Positions 17,900 through 26,891 of a stretch of DNA of 64,000 nucleotides are shown here, in pieces. Position 1 is the stretch's first letter, and the number at the start of each line of letters is the position of its first letter. Source of the stretch: Opitutus sp. GAS368 (GTDB taxonomy: Bacteria; Verrucomicrobiota; Verrucomicrobiia; Opitutales; Opitutaceae); NCBI GenBank assembly GCA_945869845.1, contig CAMBRG010000005.1, forward strand, positions 522-64,521, given 5' to 3'. The translations under genes were made by a program, and so were the position numbers. The notes beneath the pieces are model-generated. The model searched no databases. It was not told where the DNA came from and saw only the letters and a program-made list of their open reading frames with translations.

Positions 17900-18061
17900 A
17901 TCCTTAGGGGTGGCGTGTTCTCCCCTAAGCAGAGGTAGTGCGGACTTTCGTTGGTGCCTCACGTGTATGACCCTGCCGGGCGCGAGCCGACGAAGTTTGG
18001 CGTGGTGAATCTCAGCCAGAGGTAGGCGAGTCTACCTTCTCTGGCCGGATCACCGGATTTT

Positions 18062-18895
18062 TTAGACACCGTCTGAAAAGTCGTCCTCTCGAACTCGCGA
18101 CTCCGGGAAATCAGGCGGTGATTCGACGATTCGGCAGACAGTGTCTGCCGAATCCGAAGTGACCATTCGGCAGGACCGAGGCTGAAGGAGGGGAGTTCTA
18201 TCCGGACAGCCGTTCAGAAAGCCGTCGCCAGTCTGTGTCACGTTCCGAGCCATCTGCTTCATCCATTCACCCTCCGGAGCCAGCGTGATTCCGGCGATGT
18301 TGATTTGGCGCGGAACAATCCGCATGAGCACCAGCGCGTAGTAGGTCATCAGTCCGGCAGCCGTCCACACCTCGGTCGTGAAGAAATCCACGGACGCCAA
18401 CGTTTCCTGATGCGATCGGATAAACTCCCTCCAAAGCATTCTTTTTCCTCGTTCAGGGGCGGGAGCCAAGTCGTGCCGCTTGAGAATGTTCGCCACGGTC
18501 TGGTGGCTGACTTCGTGGCCCAGATTGCTGATGGCACCAACAATCCGCCGGTAGGCCCAACTCCGATTCTCACGGGCAAACTGTAGCACCAATTCTTCGA
18601 CGACCGACGCCGTTGGCGCCCGGCCCACCGCAGATCGGTTCTTCGAACCGTCGAACTTCGTGGCAATGAGTTTACGGTGCCAACCTAGAATGGTCTCGGG
18701 CCGAACAATCTGGGCCACTTCCTCCAGTGCCTTCCTGCTAAGACGCCGACCAATCTCGGCGAGGTTGATTCGCTCCGCATCGGTGAGCTGCAATCGCCCC
18801 TTGATCTGATTTTTGAGAATCCGGTTCTCCGCCGCCAAGTATTCGTTTTGGAGGAGTAGTTCCTCGTCAACCGAACCGGAGATATACGCCAACAT
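18062..18895 (-). pseudogene. truncated IS481/IS3-like integrase-core (rve) transposase
   Basis: HTH plus the start of an rve core (...ASVDFFTTEVWTAAGLMTYYALVLMRIVPRQINIAGITLAPEGEWMKQMARNVT...GFLNG). The sequence then loses similarity before the expected catalytic DDE region. No terminal repeats were recognised. Confidence 0.65.
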
Positions 18896-19097
18896 TCGCT
18901 TCCAATTCGTCGAGGAGAATTAATCCAAGCCATGGCCTGCGCGCAAACGTCAGATCATCTGGCAAATCCTTGAAAATTGGTGGCTTCGAGTTTTTTGACC
19001 ATACGGCGTCGGCGCGTTCGGATTTTCAGACACCACGCGACCGATCTTGACCGGACAACCATTTGTCAGCACTATCATGACAAATCTACACATACTC

Positions 19098-19352
19098 ATG
19101 GCAAAGACACTACAAGTTAGGATTGAAGAAGACCTCCGAACTGAGGCGGACGAGGTGCTTCACGAAATCGGCCTCGACGTTCCTTCTGCCGTCCGGCTGT
19201 TCCTCACCAAGGTTGTCCAAACTCGGAGCATTCCGTTCGAGCTCAAGGCCTCCGGTATGCGCGTCGTGGAACTTGCCGTCGATCCCGACATCCATGCCCG
19301 CATGGACGAGATCGGAACCCTTTGGGCGAAGAAGAAACTTCAAAGGGTGTAA
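19098..19352 (+). CDS. RelB/DinJ-family type II antitoxin
   Basis: MAKTLQVRIEEDLRTEADEVLHEIGLDVPSAVRLFLTKVVQTRSIPFEL fits the ribbon-helix-helix DinJ pattern. The ATG at 19098 is preferred over the track start at 19047. Confidence 0.75.
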   Translation: MAKTLQVRIEEDLRTEADEVLHEIGLDVPSAVRLFLTKVVQTRSIPFELKASGMRVVELAVDPDIHARMDEIGTLWAKKKLQRV

Positions 19353-19355
19353 TCT

Positions 19356-19745
19356 GTGGCGCTCTTCATCTCCGAGCGCATTCGCAAGCGCGAGTTTGGC
19401 CGGGAGATTTCTTCCGCCGACAAGGAAACACTCTTGGAGGGCGCGCGCGTCTGCCTGAGTGCGAGCATCGCCGGTCACGGCTTGCCCAAAGGCACCCGTT
19501 TGCTCAAGGCTTACGCCACAACGAAACAAGGCCCGCGCCGGATCCTCTATCTCCTCGTCGTCCAGGAAAATGACTTCTTTGTGCTTTTTTATCGCCCCAA
19601 ACAAGACGACGTCGGTGCAAACATGAGCCCGAAAAATCCCGTCTTCAGCAGCGCCCTCACGAAGCACCTAGATCTGCTCCGCGTTGACCTGGCCGCCGGC
19701 AGAATCGAGCAAATTACACCCGAAGCAGACGGCGTGCCGGTTTGA
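19356..19745 (+). CDS. putative cognate toxin (distant RelE/HigB-like), unknown family
   Basis: 129 aa with a GTG start 4 nt after the antitoxin stop. The segment RRILYLLVVQENDFFVLFYRPKQDD resembles the RIxY...LLxxFxKK strand pattern of RelE-superfamily toxins. The call rests mainly on position. Confidence 0.45.
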   Translation: MALFISERIRKREFGREISSADKETLLEGARVCLSASIAGHGLPKGTRLLKAYATTKQGPRRILYLLVVQENDFFVLFYRPKQDDVGANMSPKNPVFSSALTKHLDLLRVDLAAGRIEQITPEADGVPV

Positions 19746-19983
19746 TTCGCTCCAGAAGTTCGTATCCACGGCGGTTGAAGCGAATGAAGCGAATCGATGG
19801 TGAGATATCCGGTCACCAGCCCGGCATGACGGCGTCAAACTTTGACCTGCTTTCGATTATCCCTGCGAGCCTCCCTCTGAAAACGCCCGATTCGCTTCAA
19901 AAGTTCGTGGTTTGATCCACGCCGGGGAGCCAGTGGGATACGAACTCCGCGCGAGATAAGTTAAATTTTGTAAATCGCTGTAA
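19741..19983 (+). repeat. att-like composite repeat, copy C: arm, degenerate tRNA 3'-end core, and a copy of the tRNA-downstream flank
   Basis: The core at 19917-19936 (CCACGCCGGGGAGCCAGTGG) matches the tRNA end at 17/20 positions. 19942-19983 matches 13868-13909, the sequence just downstream of the real tRNA, at 38/42 positions. Confidence 0.85.
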
Positions 19984-20257
19984 AACAACATGAAAAGATG
20001 AGCTAAAGGGTTCTCACCGTGCTCATTATTTTTCCGGGTAGGTGCAAATCCCTCGACACTGTCCGCAAATAATCGACCGCGGCCTGCTGGTCCCGGTTGA
20101 GCGAATCGGCCAGGGTTCCAGACCAAAAGTGTGTCGGGAGCTTTGGGATCATCGCCTCTAGATTCTATCTTCTCGCACTTCCGCCAAGATCCGTCGCCGC
20201 GCTTGGATTTCCAGACACCAAGGCGTTCCCCGTCGAATCGCCGGCCCGATTAGGAGG

Positions 20258-21736
20258 TCACGCCAGAATGCCGCGGATCACGTGACCATGCACGTCGGTC
20301 AGGCGGCGCTCGATTCCGCTGTTGTAGAAAGTCAGCCGCTCGTGATCGAGGCCGAGAAGGTGAAGAATCGTGGCGTGGAGATCATAGATCGTCGTGACCT
20401 TGTCCACGGCCTTGAACCCGAGATCGTCGGTGGCGCCGTAGGTGAAACCGGGTTTCACGCCCGCGCCGGCCAACCAGACGGTGAAGCCCTTTTCGTTGTG
20501 GTCGCGGCCATTGGCGCCCTTTTGAAACGTCGGCATGCGGCCGAATTCGGTGACGAATGCCACCAGCGTGTCCTTGAGTAGTCCGCGTTCTTTCAGATCC
20601 CGCAATAGCGCGGCGGCCGGTTGATCGAGGATGGGCGCGTGAGTAGTGTATTGATCGACGATGTGTTTGTGTCCGTCCCAGTTGCCGACGCCCTCGCCCA
20701 TGGCGTAGGCACCGTTGAAGAGCTGCACGAAACGCACGTCGCGCTCCAGAAGCCGACGCGCGAGCAGGCAGTTGCGGGCGAATCCCGCTTTGGTCTTGTT
20801 GCCATCGTTCACCCCGTAGGCCTGCAACGTCTGCAGACTCTCTTTGGCAAAGTCACCGACCTCGGCCGCGGCGAGCTGCATTTTGGCGGCGAGTTCGTAG
20901 GCCGAGATCCGCGCCGCGAGTTCCGTGTCACCGGGATTCTCCGCGAGATGGCGATCATTGAGCAGTTTTAGAAAATCGTAAGTCGCGCGGTCATTCTGCG
21001 CGGTGACACCAGCCGGTCGGTTAAGATGCGGGATCGGTTTGTCGGCGTTGAAGGTGACGCCCTGATATGCTGCGGGCAGAAACCCGGCAGCCCAATGGCG
21101 CGAACCGGTCTGCGGCACGCCGCGTGGATCGGGAATCGCCACGAACGCGGGCAGATTCTGGCATTCGCTGCCGAGCGCATACGTCGCCCACGAACCGATG
21201 CCGGGAAAACCATCGAGGATGAAACCTGTGCTCATCTGATTTTCTGCCGGACCGTGCGCGGCGGACTTCGCGGTCATCGAGTGAATGAAGCACATCTCGT
21301 CGGCGAGTTCCGCGAGATCGGGCAGAAGGTTGGAAACCATCTTGCCACTCTGTCCACGGGGTTTGAATTCCCAGAGCGGTTTGATGACGTTCCCCTGCAT
21401 GCCCTGGCCGGTGATAAGACCTTCGCCGCCCGGCATGGGCTGGTTGTGCAGCCGAATCAGCTCGGGCTTGTAGTCGAAGGTGTCGATGTGGCTGATTGCC
21501 CCGGAGCAGAAGATCATCAACACGCGTTTGGCTTTGGGCTCGAAATGCGGTGGGCGTGGCGCGTAGGGCGTGCGAGAGTTAATCTGCGGACGCCACGGAG
21601 CCCCGGCCGCGCTGAGGCGTTGTTCGGCCAGGAGGGCGGCGAGCGCAATGCCTCCGAGTCCTGTTCCACCCCAGCGAAGGAAATCACGGCGACTGAGGAG
21701 ATGGCGTCCGGCGTGCGAGAGAGGGGAGGGGTTCAT
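20258..21736 (-). CDS. DUF1501 domain protein (sulfatase/alkaline-phosphatase-like fold) with a twin-arginine signal
   Basis: Tat motif SRRDFLRWGG and the conserved GRDHN region (ANGRDHNEKGFTVWLAGAGVKPG). The ATG at 21736 is preferred over the TTG at 21760. Confidence 0.85.
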   Translation of the reverse strand: MNPSPLSHAGRHLLSRRDFLRWGGTGLGGIALAALLAEQRLSAAGAPWRPQINSRTPYAPRPPHFEPKAKRVLMIFCSGAISHIDTFDYKPELIRLHNQPMPGGEGLITGQGMQGNVIKPLWEFKPRGQSGKMVSNLLPDLAELADEMCFIHSMTAKSAAHGPAENQMSTGFILDGFPGIGSWATYALGSECQNLPAFVAIPDPRGVPQTGSRHWAAGFLPAAYQGVTFNADKPIPHLNRPAGVTAQNDRATYDFLKLLNDRHLAENPGDTELAARISAYELAAKMQLAAAEVGDFAKESLQTLQAYGVNDGNKTKAGFARNCLLARRLLERDVRFVQLFNGAYAMGEGVGNWDGHKHIVDQYTTHAPILDQPAAALLRDLKERGLLKDTLVAFVTEFGRMPTFQKGANGRDHNEKGFTVWLAGAGVKPGFTYGATDDLGFKAVDKVTTIYDLHATILHLLGLDHERLTFYNSGIERRLTDVHGHVIRGILA

Positions 21737-21743
21737 GGTCGAA

Positions 21744-24700
21744 TCAGTGAACGTGGACAAATTCGTTCGTGTTGAAGAGCGCGCGGCAGAAAAGCGGCAG
21801 GCCGTGCTCCGCGATCATCGCGACTGCGGCGGTCGTCTCCACCGGCGCCGGCTCGCGACCAAACATCAGTCGAAACGCCAGCCGCACCTGCGCGCCGGCG
21901 GTCGGGCCCGCCTCCCGCTCCAATCGAGCGGCGAGGGCCGTCGTCTGCTGCATCATGAATGGGCTGTTGAGGAGATTGAATGCCTGCAACGGTGTCGTTG
22001 ACCGAGTGCGGCTCGGCGCAATCTGGCCGGCGTCGGGACAGTCGAACGCGCCGAAGACGTCGTCGAGCTGCGCGCGCGGTTTCGTCTGATAAACCATGCG
22101 CCGGAAATCGTCCCCGGAAAAATCAACCTTCGGCACGTAAGTCTGGACGTTGCTCTGGCTGATATTGGCTTCGAACAGGAAGAATCCCGGACCACCCTCG
22201 CGCAGATCCAGCTGGCCAGCCGCGGTGATGATCGCATCACGCAACGGTTCGGCGTCCAAGCGTCGCGGCGGATAGCGCCAGAGGAGCCGCGACGCAGCAT
22301 CAACTTCGAGTCCTTTGGGGTGCGGGCGCGACGACTGCCGGTAAGTGTCAGAAAGCAGGATCAGCCGGTGCATTGATTTCATGCTCCAGCCACGGGCGAC
22401 AAACTCGGTCGCCAGCCAGTCCAGCAGCTCCGGGTGCGTGGGCTTGGCTCCGTTCATTCCGAAGTCGCTCGGGGTGTCCACGAGACCGGTCCCAAAGTGA
22501 TAGTGCCAGATGCGGTTCGCCATGACTCGGGCCGGCAGCGGATTTTCCGAATCAACGAGCCAGTCCGCTAGGGCCAGACGGCGTTTTTGCTCCGGAGCGT
22601 CGCGGGGCAGTTCGAGCTTCTTCCCAAACCGGGCTAGCCCGGCCGGCGCCACTTGCTCGCGGGGTGACAACGTCTCGCCGCGGTGCAGCCGAAACGTCGG
22701 GCCCGGTTCGCGCAACCTGCCCGCGTAGACCGGCGGAAAGTCGATCAGACGCTTCACCTCAGTGCGGAGGGTCCGGCGTTCAGCGACCAGCTGGGCAATT
22801 TCCATTACGCGCGCAGTCGGCACGGAGCTGAGCGTCGGCACGTCTGGCACGCGCTTCCGCCACGCATCGCCTAGACGATCCTGGGACCCAGCCACCTGCG
22901 TCCATGCGCGCCCATCGACCGAGATCTCGATCCGATATCCCGTGACAAGATGGTCGTCCAGTTTGGGCTGACGATCACTACGGTTGCGGCTCCACAGCAT
23001 ACGGTCGATCCGCTCCACTTTCGGAAACTCGATCTGCACGAACCCCGGCCCCTTGGCGGGAGAATTCCAGGCCGCACGCTCGTTGTAGCGGCCATCATTC
23101 ACGTAAAACGGATTGCCGTCCTCGCCGTCGACCACGGGCGAAGTCGCGGTGGCGCCGAATTCCTTTAGGGCGACATTCCGGGGCGACTCGCCGGCAGTAA
23201 AGACCTCGAGTTCGTCGATGTAGCCCTCAGGGGTGTTCGAGGCGAGGACGGTGAAGCGCACGAACTTGGCGTCGATCGGTTCGAAGCGCTCTTCGTTGGT
23301 CTTCACGACCACGGGCGCCCGCAGATGCGGCGTGTGCATGGGAGCCTCGCCCGCGGTGGTTTTCAATTCCTCGAGGAGGACTGCATCGGCGGACAGCATG
23401 CCGCTTCCGACTGCGATAAGCGCGAGCCGGCTTTCGCTCGTCAGCGTGTGGATGTTGGCGTCGTAAAATCCACTCCAGCGTTTCTCGCCGGAGACCGCCG
23501 GTGAGCCATCGGCAAACTTGGCCTGGCTCACCTGTGCGATTTCGCGCCCGTCGAGCGTGACGCGCACCGCCGTCGCGTGCTCCGGTGCCACACCCCACGA
23601 AAGCCAGACGCGGAAGCGGCCGACCGGAAGCGCGCCCCATGGCTGCCACGCCGATGCGCTGTCGCCGCCCGCGGGACGCACGCGGAAGTTCTCATTCAAG
23701 GTCGGTAGCCGCAGCTCGTCGCCCGCGTCGCTTGCCTGGCCGCGGGCCGACCCTGCCGTATAGGCAACAGACTCGCTCGTCTTCTCGGGTGCCAGCGCGA
23801 CCACTCGCTTGGCCCGCACCAGCGGCCGAAACGGTGCGAGCTGAGCGTCGATCGACGCGATACCGCGCCGCGGCGCCGCGGCCTGTGCCATCAACGCGGC
23901 GTGGTTGCGCGGCCGCAACGGACGTTCGCCGTGCTCTACACCTTGGAAAACCGCGACCATCGAATAGTAGTCGGCCTGCGAAATGGGATCGAATTTGTGA
24001 TCGTGACAGCGCGCGCAGCCCACGGTGAGGCCCAAAAACGCACTGCTCGTGGTGCCGACGAACTCGGAGAGTTCGTCCCCGCGTTGGCCGAGGTTAAAAT
24101 AGGGTGGCTCGAAACTTTGCAGGAAGTCGAAGGATCCGCCGACGATGAAGCCCGTCGCTTCGTCGACCCCGAGCGCATCGCCGGCGAGCTGCTCGCGGAC
24201 GAACTGGTCGTAGGGTTTGTCCTCGTTCAAGGCACGGATCACGTAGTCGCGATAGGGCCACGCGTTCGGACGGAGATTGTTGCGCTCGAAACCGTCGCTC
24301 TCGGCAAATTTCACGACGTCAAGCCAGTGCCGCGCCCATCGTTCGCCGTAACGCGGTGACGCGAGCAGCCTCTCGACCAAACGGGCGTAGGCATCCGGGG
24401 ATTTGTCCGCCACAAACGCGTCCACTTCATCCGGCGTGGGCGGCAATCCAATCAGATCAAAACTCAGCCGGCGAATAAGCGTCCGCGCGTCGGCCGGCGG
24501 CGAGAGCGCGAGGCCGTTTTCCTTCAGCTTCACCGCGATGAACGCGTCGATCGGAGTTTTCGCCCCGCCCGGGGGAACAGGCGGCGTTTCTGGACGAGCC
24601 AACGGACGAAACGACCAGTGTGATTTCCATTTCTCCCCGACGGGCGCCCGACCGTCGTCGGGCCAAACGGCTCCTTGGTCGATCCACGCGCGGAGGATTC

Positions 24701-25052
24701 CGATTTGTTCTCCAGTTAACGGGTCGCCCTTGCTTGGCATGAGCATGTCCTCGACTAGGTCGGCAACGTAGTGAATGAGCGGACTCGCCGCGCTCTTTCC
24801 GGCACGAATGTTGGGCGCTGAACTTTCGCCCCCGGCCAGCGCGATGCTTTTGTCGTCAAGCCGGTAGCCGCTGCGTTGTTTTTCCGGGCCATGACACGAG
24901 TAACAGGATTGCTCGAAGATCGGCTGAACATCGCGGGTGAAATCGATCGGTCGCGATGCGGGCGGCGGTAGTTTCGAAGCATCGACGGGTGCGTCGGCAA
25001 ATACAGGGGTGCCCAGAGCGCAGAGGCCAAGTAAGAGCGCAGGCTGTCTCAC
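21744..25052 (-). CDS. PSCyt1-DUF1549-(discoidin-like)-DUF1553 giant protein (PSD1 family)
   Basis: Signal peptide, then the haem c site CYSCHGPEKQRSGYRLD. DUF1549 segment (...LIRRLSFDLIGLPPTPDEVDAFV...), the CARCHDHKFDP motif, and the DUF1553 C-terminus. A middle insert (FVRFTVLASNTPEGYIDELEVF, GYRIEISVDGRAWTQV) looks like an F5/8 type C domain. The GTG start forms a GTGA overlap with the GMC stop. Confidence 0.85.
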   Translation of the reverse strand: MRQPALLLGLCALGTPVFADAPVDASKLPPPASRPIDFTRDVQPIFEQSCYSCHGPEKQRSGYRLDDKSIALAGGESSAPNIRAGKSAASPLIHYVADLVEDMLMPSKGDPLTGEQIGILRAWIDQGAVWPDDGRAPVGEKWKSHWSFRPLARPETPPVPPGGAKTPIDAFIAVKLKENGLALSPPADARTLIRRLSFDLIGLPPTPDEVDAFVADKSPDAYARLVERLLASPRYGERWARHWLDVVKFAESDGFERNNLRPNAWPYRDYVIRALNEDKPYDQFVREQLAGDALGVDEATGFIVGGSFDFLQSFEPPYFNLGQRGDELSEFVGTTSSAFLGLTVGCARCHDHKFDPISQADYYSMVAVFQGVEHGERPLRPRNHAALMAQAAAPRRGIASIDAQLAPFRPLVRAKRVVALAPEKTSESVAYTAGSARGQASDAGDELRLPTLNENFRVRPAGGDSASAWQPWGALPVGRFRVWLSWGVAPEHATAVRVTLDGREIAQVSQAKFADGSPAVSGEKRWSGFYDANIHTLTSESRLALIAVGSGMLSADAVLLEELKTTAGEAPMHTPHLRAPVVVKTNEERFEPIDAKFVRFTVLASNTPEGYIDELEVFTAGESPRNVALKEFGATATSPVVDGEDGNPFYVNDGRYNERAAWNSPAKGPGFVQIEFPKVERIDRMLWSRNRSDRQPKLDDHLVTGYRIEISVDGRAWTQVAGSQDRLGDAWRKRVPDVPTLSSVPTARVMEIAQLVAERRTLRTEVKRLIDFPPVYAGRLREPGPTFRLHRGETLSPREQVAPAGLARFGKKLELPRDAPEQKRRLALADWLVDSENPLPARVMANRIWHYHFGTGLVDTPSDFGMNGAKPTHPELLDWLATEFVARGWSMKSMHRLILLSDTYRQSSRPHPKGLEVDAASRLLWRYPPRRLDAEPLRDAIITAAGQLDLREGGPGFFLFEANISQSNVQTYVPKVDFSGDDFRRMVYQTKPRAQLDDVFGAFDCPDAGQIAPSRTRSTTPLQAFNLLNSPFMMQQTTALAARLEREAGPTAGAQVRLAFRLMFGREPAPVETTAAVAMIAEHGLPLFCRALFNTNEFVHVH

Positions 25053-26851
25053 AGGTTTCCTTTTTTCATTTCGCGGAGCAGGTGGTCGCTCGCGCGCCAG
25101 GCCAGCGCCATGATCGTGAGAGTGGGATTCTTGTCGGCGTTACTCGCGAACGGCGCGCCATCGGCCAGGAAGATATTTTTCACATCCCAGGTCTGACCCC
25201 ATTTGTTGGTGACGGATTTTTTCGGATCGGCGCCCATGATCGCGCCGCCCACCTCGTGGATCACCGCGCCGCCCTGCACGATGGCGCGGCGCCCGTCCGA
25301 ATCAGGCTGACCGCGCACCGTGCCACCCATAGCGACGACCAAATCGGCGAATGTGCGCTGCATGTGCACCACCTGTCGCAGCTCGTGATCTGACCATTGC
25401 CAGTGGAAGCGCAGGACCGGAATTCCCCAACGGTCCTTCACGGCCGGGTCGAGTTCGCAGAAGGACTGCTCGTTCGGGATCATTTCGCCGCGGCCGGTAA
25501 AGCCTACGAACGATCCGTAGTAGCGGCGCATGTCTTCCTTGAATTGCCGCCCGTAGCTTCCGCCTGTCATTGAGACGGTGCCGTTGGCGATGCCCATGCC
25601 CGGCATGCTTCGCCCGGTGCCGAATTCGACGTGGTAGCCGCGGGGAAAGTTAAGTTTGCCCTGCCCTTGTGGTTTGCAAAGCCACCAAGGAATGAAGACG
25701 TGCAAGCCGCCGGCACCGTCCTCGTTGTGCGGAGGTAAATTTTCCAGCCTAGGGATCTGCCCGCCGAGCGAGGCCCCGACGGTATCCATCACGTATTTTC
25801 CAACCAGGCCGCTTGAGTTTGCTAGGCCGTTGGGAAACGACGCCGACTTCGAATTCAGGAGAATTCGGACAGTCTCCGCTGAGCTTGCGGCCAGCACGAT
25901 TACCCGGCCACGCACCCGGCCCTCGTGGCCGGTTTTCTTGTCGATGAAGACTACCCCATTAGCTAAACCAGCAGAATTGAGGGTGACCTCGCGGACCATC
26001 GCGTCCGTCAAAAGGTCGAGTAGCCCGCTCGCCATCGCGGGTGGCAAATGGACGGTCGTTGACTGGTAAGCCGCGCCGATTGAGCAACCGCGATGACAAT
26101 GCGTCGCCCAGAAACATGCCGAGCGTGCCCGCATCGACTCCGCGACGAGACGTTGAGCGCGCAGGTTGCCCGGGTGGAGTTTTACGGGCACGTTTCGATC
26201 ATTAAGCCGCGTGCTGAGTACGGCGCGATGGACGGGGACAACAGGTATTCCTAAAGATTGGGCGTGTTTCCGTGCGAGCTGTTCGCCGGCGCGGGGTTTG
26301 GGCGGTGGGAGCAATACGCCGGGCGGAGAATCGGGCGAGTTCTCGATCCCCTCGCTGTCGCCATACACCCCGACAAGCATCTCAACTTTGTCGTAGTAGG
26401 GCGCGATGTCTTCATAGGCGAGAGGCCAGTCGAAGCCGAGGCCATCCCGGCTGCGGGGCTTGAAATCGTAGGGCCCGTTGCGGAGAGAGATGCGGCCCCA
26501 ATGATTGGTGCGGCCCCCCAGCATGCGTGAGCGCCACCACATGAACTGTTCCTCGGGCTTGCTTGAGGCGTTCGTGTAGGGTTCACCGGGCACCTGCCAA
26601 CCGCCGTCGACCGTGGCATCGTGAAACCCGCGCGGTTTGTCCGGCGTGCCCACGCCTCGGAGGGGAGCGTCGGCGTTGGTTTGAAACATCGCGGTCTCCC
26701 TGACCGGGTCATAGTTTCTGCCCGCTTCGATCATCAACACGCTGGCACCCTCCATTGTTAAGGTGTAGGCGGACTGACCGCCACCGGCGCCCGAACCCAC
26801 GACGATGACATCGTAGGAGTCTTTCAATTCACTTGGATTGATGAGCGCCAT
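25049..26851 (-). CDS. GMC-family FAD-dependent oxidoreductase (gluconate 2-dehydrogenase alpha-subunit-like), no signal peptide
   Basis: 600 aa. N-terminal Rossmann motif DVIVVGSGAGGG and the GMC C-terminal region (...FLADGAPFASNADKNPTLTIMALAWR...). Confidence 0.9.
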   Translation of the reverse strand: MALINPSELKDSYDVIVVGSGAGGGQSAYTLTMEGASVLMIEAGRNYDPVRETAMFQTNADAPLRGVGTPDKPRGFHDATVDGGWQVPGEPYTNASSKPEEQFMWWRSRMLGGRTNHWGRISLRNGPYDFKPRSRDGLGFDWPLAYEDIAPYYDKVEMLVGVYGDSEGIENSPDSPPGVLLPPPKPRAGEQLARKHAQSLGIPVVPVHRAVLSTRLNDRNVPVKLHPGNLRAQRLVAESMRARSACFWATHCHRGCSIGAAYQSTTVHLPPAMASGLLDLLTDAMVREVTLNSAGLANGVVFIDKKTGHEGRVRGRVIVLAASSAETVRILLNSKSASFPNGLANSSGLVGKYVMDTVGASLGGQIPRLENLPPHNEDGAGGLHVFIPWWLCKPQGQGKLNFPRGYHVEFGTGRSMPGMGIANGTVSMTGGSYGRQFKEDMRRYYGSFVGFTGRGEMIPNEQSFCELDPAVKDRWGIPVLRFHWQWSDHELRQVVHMQRTFADLVVAMGGTVRGQPDSDGRRAIVQGGAVIHEVGGAIMGADPKKSVTNKWGQTWDVKNIFLADGAPFASNADKNPTLTIMALAWRASDHLLREMKKGNL

Positions 26852-26891
26852 TTCCGAAAAGCTGCTATCGGTGCCAAGAAATTGGCCCGGA

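Noticed and set aside
17705-19935. The arm+core repeats as functional tRNA genes or an intron-containing tRNA-Gln
   Set aside because: There is no D arm and no 5' acceptor strand able to pair with TCGGGCA. The T loop is 6 nt (TTTGAT), and ~55 nt separate the anticodon-like segment from the T arm without intron-like pairing.
19857-20126. 89-aa minus-strand ORF in the gap after repeat copy C
   Set aside because: Its C-terminal half is simply the translation of the repeat; the same peptide (PTG.P.WIKPRTFE) appears in the spurious ORF over copy E. The upstream part (FDGERLGVWKSKRGDGSW...) may be a gene fragment, but I could not assign it.
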